A stretch of DNA of 64,000 nt. Origin: Candidatus Euphemobacter frigidus. GTDB taxonomy: Bacteria; Auribacterota; Erginobacteria; Erginobacterales; Erginobacteraceae. The position numbers and the translations under genes are program-made. The notes beneath the pieces are model-generated. The model saw nothing but the letters and a program-made list of their open reading frames with translations, was not told where the DNA came from and did not search any database. Positions within the stretch are counted from its first letter, which is position 1. Every line of letters starts with the position of its first letter. The DNA is taken from the NCBI GenBank assembly GCA_030765805.1, contig JAVCDH010000084.1, positions 3,961-67,960 on the forward strand, given 5' to 3'. Positions 1 to 9,251 of this stretch are shown here, piece by piece.

Positions 1-260
1 GAAACCTGGCCCGATTCCTGGGTAGTCCGGTGTGGGTTAACAGCATTGAAGCTATTCTGGTTACAGAGATTGAAAGAGTAATTACCAATAAAAGTGAAAC
101 AATCGCGATCATAGTATTCTATTTTAAATTAAGTTAGGCGAGATGGAACCTTTTCTTTTTTATCGGCTGACGGGTGTGTCCCCTTCCCGCCCTAAGCAGC
201 GGCGGGTGGAACTCCTGATCGCCCAGAGACTTGATGCTGCGAAGTATAAACTCAGCGCGG

Positions 261-863
261 CTATCGCGTCCATGTGAGCACGTAAGCCGGGGGAAAATTT
301 CGCAATATGACCCGGCTGCGTTTGTACCGGGAAGATATCGATCCCATTTTTCTGCGGAATCGAACCGCGGAAGGCAAAAAGTATGTATGCATGTACTGAA
401 AAGTGCGGAAGATACAGCCAGGCGTCACCAGGGAGTATATGTTTTCGATGATCAGGTCATGAACAGAGCTTTTCACCCCGGCAAAAGGCAGGCTTGAGAT
501 AATTACCTTGACCGGGTTCAACCCGGCCTGTTCATAAATTCTCCGAACGTCTTCCGCCCCGGCGGTGACGAAGTCCAGGTCCGGAAAACGCTTTCTCAGC
601 AATTGGATGAACAGCGGTTCGCGCTCGATGCCCAGGTAATCCTTCGGGTCCGGGATGATCCGGTTGATCTGGGTGGTAAACGAGCCGGTGCCCGGCCCGA
701 GTTCCAGGATCGTCTCCCCGGAGTTTAGTTTTAGATCTCTGACCATTTCCTTTGCTAACGCCCGGGAACTTGGCGCGACCGCTCCGATACCGACTGGATT
801 GCGCAGAAAGACCTTCAGGAAAGTGAGGCTGTTTCTCAGGGATGTCAGGCGGTTGGTCAACAT
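261..863 (-). CDS. Class I SAM-dependent methyltransferase (RrnaAD/PmtA-like small MTase)
   Basis: The translation shows a glycine-rich motif I (ILELGPGTGSFT) and an acidic post-I motif, at the ~200 aa size typical of this family. The C-terminal 40 aa look atypical, so the 3' end is uncertain. Confidence 0.55.
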   Translation of the reverse strand: MLTNRLTSLRNSLTFLKVFLRNPVGIGAVAPSSRALAKEMVRDLKLNSGETILELGPGTGSFTTQINRIIPDPKDYLGIEREPLFIQLLRKRFPDLDFVTAGAEDVRRIYEQAGLNPVKVIISSLPFAGVKSSVHDLIIENIYSLVTPGCIFRTFQYMHTYFLPSAVRFRRKMGSISSRYKRSRVILRNFPPAYVLTWTR

Positions 864-1069
864 TATCTAATCCTCTTAAGAGGAGAAGGCACAATTAGCG
901 AATTTTAAAGATAATAATAACGTCACATTAATTAAAAGTCAAGGAGCTGCTGCAGGCGGGGAGGCATAACGGAAGATACTAAAACAAGCCGAAAAAAGGC
1001 TTGCCTTCCGAAGGTCAGATGAAATTCTATTCTTTGGGACATTTACGGCCCACGCCGAGAGATCGGGAT

Positions 1070-2812
1070 TTATACGAGACTTACAATCAAAGCGCCCCAG
1101 ACTGTGAGGAGGACGTTCCCGATCGCGTAGGGAACGGTGTATCCGATCACCGGGACCGCGCTCTTCGCGTCTTCTTTGACCGAGTTCATGGCGGCGGTAC
1201 AGGTTCCGGCCCCGGTCATCGCTCCCAGAAGAAGAACCGGGTTGAGCTTGATTGCATAAAGACCGAAGATCCAGGTCAAGATGTGGGGAATCGAGGTCAG
1301 GCATACCCCGGCCAGGAAGATATTAATTCCCGCCGTCCGGAGCGCGTCAAGAGCGCGGGGTCCGGCCGCGATACCGACGCAGGCAATGAAAAAGTTCAGC
1401 CCCAGGTCAGTGAATATCCAGACCGTCGCGGTAGGGATCAACCCGAAGGTGGGCTTTACCGAACGAAGCCAGCCGAAGAAGAGACCAGAGATCAGAACAC
1501 CTCCTCCCACGCCCAGGGTAATCGGAACGCCGCCCACTTTTATGGCCACCAGTCCAATCAGGGTTCCGAGGATGAGACCGATACCCACCGTGACCAGGTC
1601 GGTTATATTGGTCTGGCGTTCGGGATAACCGATAACCTTAATCAGTTCCTCCACATCGGAGCGATCTCCGATCACATTGATAATATCTCCCCGGTAGATC
1701 TTCAGCTTGGGGCCAAGCGGAAGTTCGTGGCCCTGACGGGTGATGCTCCGGACGAAGCAACCGTGCCCATAATCAGTGAAGATCTCATCAAATGTTTTCC
1801 CGTCCAGATCCTTGTTGGTCAGGCAGATGGGGAGGATCTCCCCGATCATCTCTTCTATGACACTGTCACTAATTTCCGGGCCGAAATCCTCCCAGGAATC
1901 GAAGAGACTGGAACGCCGACCGGTGATAATAATAACATCTCCTTTATCCAGCTTCATATCACCGGGGACATCGACGATGACCTTATCTCCCCTCTTGATC
2001 TTCACTATGGAGACATAGGCGTCATGGTAGGCATCATGTAAACCGGATTTCTGAAATGAATCTTCGATCTCTTTGACGGTCTTCCCGATCACCTCGGGAT
2101 TTTCAATTTGATAAGCCCGGGGGACGATCAGATTCGACCAGTGGAAGGCTTCTAGCGTATCCTGGGCTTCGGCGGCTCCCAGTTCAGCCTGAGCTTTTTG
2201 GGCCTCGGCGGGAAGATCGATCCGCCAGACCTTGCCGATAACCTTCAGGAGAATAATCAGACCAGCGGTACCAAAGATATAGGTGACGGCATAGGCCACC
2301 GCAACATCGGACTTGAGATTGATGACCGAGCTGAGGATCGAGGCGGTCTTCCCCGTGGCCAGGTGCTGAAGAGCCCCGTCCGCGGTGCCGATGATCGCGG
2401 ACTGGGTCAGAGCTCCTCCCATCAGACCCCCGGCGTAACCCGCGTTGAGACCGAAGGCCCGGGCCAGGAAGACAGCGGAGATCAGGGCTACCACGCAGAA
2501 GAAGACCGCTACCGTAACGTACTTGACCCCGCCGCGCTTCAGCCCCCCGATAAAGTCGGGGCCGACCTTGTAACCGATGGCAAAGATGAAGAAACCGAAG
2601 GAGACGGTCTTGATCAAGCCCAGGTCCAGATCATCATGGCCGCGGAAGATGATCGCTCCCAGGACAATCGCTATCAGGAGAACGCTGGTGGTGGAGCCGA
2701 GCGAGAAGGATTTTCCGAATTTAACTTTTCCCAGTGCGTATCCCCCGGCCAGAGCCGCGAAGAGAACTATTGGGGGGTTCTCCCGCAGAAATTCAAATAG
2801 ACCACTAATCAT
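1070..2812 (-). CDS. aspT: AspT/YidE/YbjL (AAE) family transporter with two TrkA-C domains; putative aspartate:alanine antiporter
   Basis: The 580 aa protein has an N-terminus of the MxxxxFxFLxxNPxxxLFxALxxGYxLG type, two membrane halves separated by two cytoplasmic RCK_C-like regions, and sits immediately downstream of an aspartate 4-decarboxylase gene. Confidence 0.7.
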   Translation of the reverse strand: MISGLFEFLRENPPIVLFAALAGGYALGKVKFGKSFSLGSTTSVLLIAIVLGAIIFRGHDDLDLGLIKTVSFGFFIFAIGYKVGPDFIGGLKRGGVKYVTVAVFFCVVALISAVFLARAFGLNAGYAGGLMGGALTQSAIIGTADGALQHLATGKTASILSSVINLKSDVAVAYAVTYIFGTAGLIILLKVIGKVWRIDLPAEAQKAQAELGAAEAQDTLEAFHWSNLIVPRAYQIENPEVIGKTVKEIEDSFQKSGLHDAYHDAYVSIVKIKRGDKVIVDVPGDMKLDKGDVIIITGRRSSLFDSWEDFGPEISDSVIEEMIGEILPICLTNKDLDGKTFDEIFTDYGHGCFVRSITRQGHELPLGPKLKIYRGDIINVIGDRSDVEELIKVIGYPERQTNITDLVTVGIGLILGTLIGLVAIKVGGVPITLGVGGGVLISGLFFGWLRSVKPTFGLIPTATVWIFTDLGLNFFIACVGIAAGPRALDALRTAGINIFLAGVCLTSIPHILTWIFGLYAIKLNPVLLLGAMTGAGTCTAAMNSVKEDAKSAVPVIGYTVPYAIGNVLLTVWGALIVSLV

Positions 2813-2874
2813 ACTAAGACCTCCTTATTTTTACGCCGCCGGCGAAAAAGATCTGCACTACGAGCTTATTCCGA

Positions 2875-4467
2875 TTATTTCCCGGCCTCCCACTCCGACT
2901 TGTACTGGTCGAGGAGGGCGCTGATGCCCTTGCCGATGTTCTCGTAATCCGGCTTGAAGAGGTTGGCCAGGGAGACCCGGACCGACATCTCGGGGGCGTC
3001 GAATCCTCCCCCGTCCATCAGGACGATCCCTTTCTCTTCCGCCAACCGCCAGACAAAGTCGATCGGCTCATGGGCGGTCTCCATCCACTTGCCGAACTCA
3101 TCCCCGTAGCGTTCCCGGGCCAGCTTGCGGATATCGATCGTGGTATAGTAACAGGCATAGAAGGGCAGCTCGGGTCCTTCAGTCCCCAGCGCTTTATAGA
3201 GGGTCTCATAGCGTTCATGGACGATATCCTGCATCTCTTTCTTGTAAAGATGATAATCGATGTCCAGGAGTTCATGGAGAGAGAAGAGAACCATCATAAC
3301 CTGCTGGGGAGTGGAGAGACCGGCAGTATGGTTGAGGGCGACCGCCCGGCTGTCAGCCACCAGCCGGTCAATCAGTTTAATGCCGGCCGGATCGGTCGAG
3401 ATCGTCTTGTATCGCTCATAGAGCTCCTGCTTCTTGGCCTCGGGCAGCTCGGCGATCATCTTATCCATGACATTGTCTTCATAGATTCCGATCACCCCGA
3501 GTCTCCAACCGGTGGCTCCGAAGTACTTGGAATAAGAGTAAACCAGGATGGTGTTCTTGGGAGCGATGGCGACGAGTGATTTGAAGCCATTGACAAAGGT
3601 TCCGTAAACATCATCGGTAAGAATGATCAGGTCCTTCCGCTCGTTCTTGACCAGGTCGGCGATCTTGTCCAGGGATTCTTTGGCCATGCTGACAGAGGTG
3701 GGGTTGGATGGATTGACCAGGAAGAAGGCTTTAATGGCCGGGTCGGCCAGTTTTTCCAGCTCCGCTGCCGGGTACTGCCAATTCTTGTCCTCATCCTGCT
3801 CAACCTCGATTTCGACAAGTTGATAGTCATTCAGGACCGGGATCTCTATGTAGGGGGTGAAGATTGGAGTTCCTATTGCGATCTTGTCCCCGGGGTGGAT
3901 CAGCCCATTCTCCTTGAGCGTGTTGAAGATATACGTCATGGCGGCGGTTCCGCCTTCGGTCACGAAGAGGTCCATCGTCCCTTCCGGGGGATCGTTGTCG
4001 CACATGGTCAAATCAAGATAGGCCCGGATGATCTTCTGGGTGTTATCCAAAACTCTGTCCGGGACCGGGTAGTGGTCGCCCAGAATACCATCCACCATCT
4101 CGCCGATATAGGAGTCGCCGTCCAGACCGAGTTTTTCGGTCACGAACTTGTAACCATCCTCCAGTAGCTGCGTTCCCCGCTGTTCGGCGTGGATTCGACA
4201 GAAACCCAGAAAGCGTTCGCCCATCCCTTTGGAGTCCGGGGCGCCGGAGATTCCGGGACGGCTCATGACCCGGTGCGATTCTTCGATGGCGAAGGTTATG
4301 AGGATGGAGTAGGCCAGCCGGGGGAAGACCGCTACCCAATTCGGGTTGCCCCGCCCGGCGTTGAGCATCATCTTAATCCGGGGACTCTCCGCCATTGCGA
4401 TCAGCTGGTCTTTTAGTTCAAAGGGACTCAAAGCCTCGTATTTTTTTTCAATCTTTGCTTCGTCCAT
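2875..4467 (-). CDS. asdA: Aspartate 4-decarboxylase (AsdA/AspD, PLP-dependent aminotransferase class I fold)
   Basis: The ~530 aa protein carries the PLP-lysine motif SYSKYFGATGWRLG and an N-terminus KYEALSPFELKD, both typical of AsdA. I chose the start at the ATG at 4467 because GGGAGGGG lies 8 nt upstream. The ORF track begins earlier, at 4515. Confidence 0.75.
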   Translation of the reverse strand: MDEAKIEKKYEALSPFELKDQLIAMAESPRIKMMLNAGRGNPNWVAVFPRLAYSILITFAIEESHRVMSRPGISGAPDSKGMGERFLGFCRIHAEQRGTQLLEDGYKFVTEKLGLDGDSYIGEMVDGILGDHYPVPDRVLDNTQKIIRAYLDLTMCDNDPPEGTMDLFVTEGGTAAMTYIFNTLKENGLIHPGDKIAIGTPIFTPYIEIPVLNDYQLVEIEVEQDEDKNWQYPAAELEKLADPAIKAFFLVNPSNPTSVSMAKESLDKIADLVKNERKDLIILTDDVYGTFVNGFKSLVAIAPKNTILVYSYSKYFGATGWRLGVIGIYEDNVMDKMIAELPEAKKQELYERYKTISTDPAGIKLIDRLVADSRAVALNHTAGLSTPQQVMMVLFSLHELLDIDYHLYKKEMQDIVHERYETLYKALGTEGPELPFYACYYTTIDIRKLARERYGDEFGKWMETAHEPIDFVWRLAEEKGIVLMDGGGFDAPEMSVRVSLANLFKPDYENIGKGISALLDQYKSEWEAGK

Positions 4468-4521
4468 ATCTATTCCCCTCCCTGGGTTAGAGTTAGGTGG
4501 TTTCCGGATGATCAATCAATA

Positions 4522-4538
4522 TCGTACTTAAAGTACGA
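4522..4538. promoter_or_regulatory. Perfect 17-bp palindrome TCGTACTT-A-AAGTACGA about 55 bp upstream of the asdA start; candidate operator
   Basis: The arms are 8 bp each and perfectly inverted, and the site lies in the divergent asdA / GT-C promoter region. Confidence 0.35.
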
Positions 4539-4739
4539 ATACAGCAACAGACATACCGGGAACAATCTCATTGACGAAAACCTCCCTTTCGAAAGTTGGC
4601 GGCGCAATAACCACGTTGACCCGGTAGCTGACTATTCCCCGCCTGCTGACGCGGGGGACCCTGGAGCTTTGCGTCCCACCCTTACGGATGGTTTGCCTTT
4701 ATCTATGATTTGATTATAATAGATTAAATAAAATCAGAT

Positions 4740-6338
4740 ATGAATTATTATTTTCACGAAACAGAAAGTGTGATGTCCCGAAATATGAAAGCGGGAAGCT
4801 GGTTGCTGCTTATAACCTTTATCTTGTTTCTCCTGGTCAGGATCTTTGTCCCTTCCCCATATTATTTCATCTCGCTGGACGAGGCAAAGTACCTGACCCT
4901 GGCCCGATCCTTTCCCCGTCATACCCTCTTCAACAATCAGCTCTACCTGGTCCATCCTCCTCTCTTTCCTTACCTGATCCGGGCTTTCTCGCTGACGCTG
5001 CCCGATCATATTGCCGGGATGACTGTCTCCCTCGTCTTCGCCGCGATCACTTTCGCGGCAATGGTAAAGCTCTTTCGCCTCTTCGAGAAGGACCGTTACT
5101 GGATTGTCATCGCCCTCTTCGTGTTGGCGATCTCCCCTCTCCATATCCCGACATCCCGGGTTGTCTATAAAGACTCGATGTTTTTCGGGCTTTTTGCCGT
5201 CTCCCTCTATTTATTTATTAAAGGGATATTAAGACCATCCAGCCGATATTTATACGGCGCGGGCTTGGCGGGGGCGGCCTGCTGCCTGACATCGGATCTG
5301 GCCCTCTCCCTGATCCCCGTCTTCGCGGTCGCCTACCTTGTCTTCCGGAGACCGGGGGTCCGATTGAGAGCCGTTCTGGTATCGGGCTTATTTATGCTGA
5401 TCGCTTACGGCGGATGGCTCCTGGTAAGAATAATCGTATACAAGCATAACATTTTCTACCCCGCCGGTGTCGACGGGACGATAGAATATGTCCGCTCTTT
5501 CACCTTCCGGCAGCTCTTCACCCCCCGCTACTTTCCCGCCACCGCCACAATGTTCAACTTCTCAGTCGACCTCTCCGAGTTCCGGATCAACGCCAACGTC
5601 TACCCCCTCGCCCCGCTTGTGAACCTCCCCATCTTCTGCTCCACGGTCTTTTACGGCTTTATCGCGGCCACCGCCCTGTATTCCATTATCCATGGAATCA
5701 AGAAGAGGCTGATCCGTGATAACGCCGCCTTCTTCTTCTCCCTCCTGCTGATTATCTTCACGCTGCCGGTAGTCCTCCATCCCGAACCGCGTTTCCTGTT
5801 TCCGATCCTGCTCCCGATGAGTTTTCTCTTCGCCCACGGTGTGGCCCGGGCGGGTGCCTTCTTTCCCCATCCGAACCGGGCTCTTAAAGTAATTGCCCGG
5901 GGATTGATACTGGTTCTGGCGGTAGCCACGACGATATATCTGGTTCATGCCCGGCATTGTATCTTCTCCCTGGAGAAGGAAGTGGAGGTTTCACGAACCG
6001 CCCAACTCCTCCGGGACCTGCCGGGGGATGGAGTGATGGCCCAGGTCGGCTATCCGCCGGAACTGGTTTACCTGACCGGGAAAAGAGTCCTGGCCCTCCC
6101 GATCACACCGATGGTTCTGAATGACTTTATCCGCCGGTATGGGATCCGGTATCTATTGTACGGCCAGCGTTACCTGGCACCGATTGCCACGAACAACCCG
6201 TCACTGATCTGGTGCTACCATACGATCCGGCATATCCGGAGCAACCCGAAGGAGTACCCTCTGCTGCGGGTGATCGATGAAGTCTACCGGTCGGGGGCGC
6301 CCCCCGACCGGATATTCATCCATGGGGTGCGGCAGTAG
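4740..6338 (+). CDS. GT-C fold glycosyltransferase (ArnT/PMT/GT39-GT83-like polytopic membrane protein)
   Basis: The 532 aa protein has more than 10 predicted TM helices, a DE motif in its first extracytoplasmic loop (SLDEAKYL), and a TATAAT -10 element upstream at about 4716. Confidence 0.5.
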   Translation: MNYYFHETESVMSRNMKAGSWLLLITFILFLLVRIFVPSPYYFISLDEAKYLTLARSFPRHTLFNNQLYLVHPPLFPYLIRAFSLTLPDHIAGMTVSLVFAAITFAAMVKLFRLFEKDRYWIVIALFVLAISPLHIPTSRVVYKDSMFFGLFAVSLYLFIKGILRPSSRYLYGAGLAGAACCLTSDLALSLIPVFAVAYLVFRRPGVRLRAVLVSGLFMLIAYGGWLLVRIIVYKHNIFYPAGVDGTIEYVRSFTFRQLFTPRYFPATATMFNFSVDLSEFRINANVYPLAPLVNLPIFCSTVFYGFIAATALYSIIHGIKKRLIRDNAAFFFSLLLIIFTLPVVLHPEPRFLFPILLPMSFLFAHGVARAGAFFPHPNRALKVIARGLILVLAVATTIYLVHARHCIFSLEKEVEVSRTAQLLRDLPGDGVMAQVGYPPELVYLTGKRVLALPITPMVLNDFIRRYGIRYLLYGQRYLAPIATNNPSLIWCYHTIRHIRSNPKEYPLLRVIDEVYRSGAPPDRIFIHGVRQ

Positions 6339-6357
6339 ACTCAACTCCTAACTACTC

Positions 6358-7125
6358 CTAACTGAGGAGAGCAGCCGGATCCTGATTATAAAACAGGCGC
6401 AGCTCCTCGTAAAGTTCAGGGTGCTTACGCTTCAACCGGACCGGCTTTTCAAAGAAGTATTCGGTAACCACCGCAAAAAATTCGGCCGGGGAGATCGCTC
6501 CGTAAGGGTCGATATCGACCGGGTGATGAGACTCGATCCGAGTCAGTAGATCCTGATATTCCTTCCCCAGGACCCGGGCCCAGGTAAGGTACATCGAACG
6601 GTGGGGCAACACCGGAGCCCCGTCAGCGCTCCCGTCTTCCTGGTCCAGTTGATGGGCGAACTCATGGAGGGCCACATTATGGCCATCGTGAATATCCGCG
6701 GCGCTCTTCCTGACGTCATCCCAGGAAAGAACTACCGATCCCCGACTCCACGATTCACCACCCCGGGTTTCCACTCCTTCCCGGATAAATCCACCCGGTT
6801 CCACCTTCCGGCCGGTCACCTGATAGGCATGAGGATAGACCAGAATCGAACGGAGGCGGGGATAATTATTATTCTTACGATGAAGCTGGAGAATACAGGC
6901 CTCGGCGGCGATGGTGACCCTGATCTCATCCGTTATCTCCAACCCACCGCACCCCTCAAAATGTTTCTCATCCAGGAAGACCAGTATGTCACCGAGCAGT
7001 TCTTTCCGGTCCTCTTCTGGAAGAGCCCGGAAATAGGGGACATTTTCTCTTATGAACTCAATCCACTCCGAAGGGAAAGACCGGCGGCGAATTTTCTCAC
7101 GATATTTTTTCTTCCAAGCGAACAT
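6358..7125 (-). CDS. MtfA-like zinc metallopeptidase (peptidase M90, HEXXH)
   Basis: It has the HEFAHQLD zinc-binding motif and overall resembles the Mlc titration factor A family. Confidence 0.65.
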   Translation of the reverse strand: MFAWKKKYREKIRRRSFPSEWIEFIRENVPYFRALPEEDRKELLGDILVFLDEKHFEGCGGLEITDEIRVTIAAEACILQLHRKNNNYPRLRSILVYPHAYQVTGRKVEPGGFIREGVETRGGESWSRGSVVLSWDDVRKSAADIHDGHNVALHEFAHQLDQEDGSADGAPVLPHRSMYLTWARVLGKEYQDLLTRIESHHPVDIDPYGAISPAEFFAVVTEYFFEKPVRLKRKHPELYEELRLFYNQDPAALLS

Positions 7126-7270
7126 TGTTAACAGAAAAAGAGCATCTCCAGTCTATATTTATATCCGGAATTATATTATAATCGTTCGTTATGAAACCAG
7201 CCATTTATATCAACAGGAATGATTTTACACTCTCTCTAAACGCCATAATCTGAACTATCTATTTTTAAAC

Positions 7271-8083
7271 ATGTTTACCCTCCTAAAACTGATCAAGCCC
7301 TTCTTCCTCCCCCCTCTCGCGATCTTGATCGGGATGGGCATTGCATTCTATCTGCTTGTCGCAAAAAAGATGAAGTGGGCCGGAAGAATCCTGATAGTGA
7401 TCATGGTAAGTTATTACCTCCTCACCACCGGGCCGGTAACCTATCTCCTGGTCAGGAGCCTGGAGAGAGCGGTTCCCCGGTTCCTAGAGTCAAAGGAAAA
7501 AGACTCAGCCCTATTCACCGGGGCTGAACCGGAAGCGATCGTTATCCTGGCCGGGGGGGGAGGCCGGAAAAGCCCCCTCCACCCGCGTCCTGAACTTTCG
7601 GGGCCGAGCTGGAGGCGGTTATGGCGCGGTATTGAACTCTACCGGGAATACGGGGGAAGAGTTCCGATAATATACAGCGGGGGGAGCGGCAACCCCTTCA
7701 ACAAGGAGTCAATAGAGGTGGACCTGGCCCGGAAGTACGCCCTCTCGATGGGTATTCCGGGGGCTGACTTCTGGATGGAAGCCACTTCCCGTAATACCTA
7801 CGAGAACGTCCGGGAGACAGAACGGCTCCTCGACCGGAAGTTCCCGGACTCCCCGGTTCACCGGGTTATCCTGGTCACCTCCACCATCCATATGCCGCGG
7901 GCGGTATTGGTCATGAAGAGTATCGGACTCGATCCTCTCCCGGAGGCGGCCGACTATCCCCTCCGGGTTCTTGCCATTGATCCCCTCAGCTTCCTCCCCT
8001 CCGCCGGTAACTTCAAGATATCTTCCAGTTGTATCCACGAATGGATCGGGATCATCGCCTACCGTTTGATGGGGCGACTGTGA
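7271..8083 (+). CDS. DUF218 (YdcF/ElyC/SanA family) membrane-anchored protein
   Basis: An N-terminal TM segment is followed by conserved GGG and IIYSGG motifs of the DUF218 family. Confidence 0.6.
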   Translation: MFTLLKLIKPFFLPPLAILIGMGIAFYLLVAKKMKWAGRILIVIMVSYYLLTTGPVTYLLVRSLERAVPRFLESKEKDSALFTGAEPEAIVILAGGGGRKSPLHPRPELSGPSWRRLWRGIELYREYGGRVPIIYSGGSGNPFNKESIEVDLARKYALSMGIPGADFWMEATSRNTYENVRETERLLDRKFPDSPVHRVILVTSTIHMPRAVLVMKSIGLDPLPEAADYPLRVLAIDPLSFLPSAGNFKISSSCIHEWIGIIAYRLMGRL

Positions 8084-8145
8084 CATCAAGGGGGATAATT
8101 TTATTCAACAAAATTCAATAATCGGAAGAGAATGGAAGGAGGAAT

Positions 8146-9042
8146 GTGATGATTAAAGGGAACGACAGAAAAAAACTGATTGAGATCGGGATCAAGGTTG
8201 GTAATTCCGATATGTATGATGAAGACAAGATCTGGGCACTCTACAGCAGCGACAAGATTGATATCGGCGAGGTGCTGATGAAGGTGATCAGAACTCTGGA
8301 TAGAGAGCTCCCTCTCTCCAGAGAACTGCGCGCCCTCTCTATCGGCTCCGGCTCCGAACCCCAGTTCCGGATCCTGGAACCTACCGCGCGAGGAGGGCTA
8401 TATCTTCTCGATATCGATAGTGTACCGCTCGGCATCGTCAAGGAACAACTCCGCCGAGAGTGGATAAAACACGTAACCACAATCAGAGTCGATTACAATC
8501 GGGTCCTGATCCGTGCCCAGAAAGTGGAGCAATTTGTCAAGAATCGGCTTGGAGGGAAGAAGCTGGATCTGATTGTCCTTCATCATTCCCTGTATTACAG
8601 CCGGGAATCGGAATGGGAAGCTCTCATTGAGAATCTTTACCGGAAGATCCTGGCCTCCCGGGGGGCGATTCATGCCGTGATGATGGCTTCTGAGTGTCAA
8701 GATCAATACTCCACCACCTGGCTCTACAACCATTTTGCTGGAAAATATTTCGGCTGCCGGAACGACCAGGACCTCAAGGCTTTCGGGAAGGGGTTGAAGA
8801 AGAACAAGATATTTAATAAAGCTGTGATCGACCAGCGGACTCACCGGGTCCGGTTCTTTGTCGATGATTTCGGAAAATTTATGTCGGTGATCTGGATGAT
8901 TCTACTCTATCCCAATGTGCATAAATATACCCGGAAGCAGAGGGAAGAGATTACTGAAAACATCTATGATAAGTTCTGGCTGAAGAAGATACCGCTTAAC
9001 CAGATGCAAGATCACCTGGTCGTTTATAAGCGGCCGGCCTGA
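8146..9042 (+). CDS. Hypothetical protein with class I SAM-MTase-like motifs; compositionally atypical (AT-rich, Lys-rich)
   Basis: It shows motif I-like LSIGSGSEP, post-I LLDID and motif II-like LDLIVLHHSLYY. Its codon usage differs markedly from its neighbours. Confidence 0.4.
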   Translation: MMIKGNDRKKLIEIGIKVGNSDMYDEDKIWALYSSDKIDIGEVLMKVIRTLDRELPLSRELRALSIGSGSEPQFRILEPTARGGLYLLDIDSVPLGIVKEQLRREWIKHVTTIRVDYNRVLIRAQKVEQFVKNRLGGKKLDLIVLHHSLYYSRESEWEALIENLYRKILASRGAIHAVMMASECQDQYSTTWLYNHFAGKYFGCRNDQDLKAFGKGLKKNKIFNKAVIDQRTHRVRFFVDDFGKFMSVIWMILLYPNVHKYTRKQREEITENIYDKFWLKKIPLNQMQDHLVVYKRPA

Positions 9043-9230
9043 TCTGTTCGCGGCAGGACCAGGTTCAGGAATGTGGCGACGATCGCGCCGAGAACCAGGC
9101 CCGATTGGAGAATGGCCGAAAGTGATCTCAGCATGACGCTCAGGACGCCCGTCTCTCCGGCGGCCGCCCCGATACAGACATCGCAGCGATCAATTATTTC
9201 TTGAATCTCATCTTTAAATTTCTCTCCCAT
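9024..9230 (-). CDS. Small hypothetical protein (68 aa, CDVC motif plus a hydrophobic C-terminus) immediately downstream of the SSS transporter
   Basis: The ORF sits 20 nt after the symporter stop. It probably starts at ATG 9230; the ORF track starts at TTG 9248. Confidence 0.3.
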   Translation of the reverse strand: MGEKFKDEIQEIIDRCDVCIGAAAGETGVLSVMLRSLSAILQSGLVLGAIVATFLNLVLPRTDQAGRL

Positions 9231-9251
9231 CACACTCTTATTCAACAAATA

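Noticed and set aside
231-497. 88-aa plus-strand ORF overlapping the small methyltransferase
   Set aside because: It has no RBS, its composition is atypical, and it overlaps a better-supported gene.
1001-2041. 346-aa and several other ORFs (1281..1628, 2198..2800, 2577..2924) overlapping aspT on the opposite strand or in other frames
   Set aside because: Their low-complexity Arg/Gly/Pro/Asp-rich translations have no domain features. The aspT frame has coherent membrane-protein features throughout.
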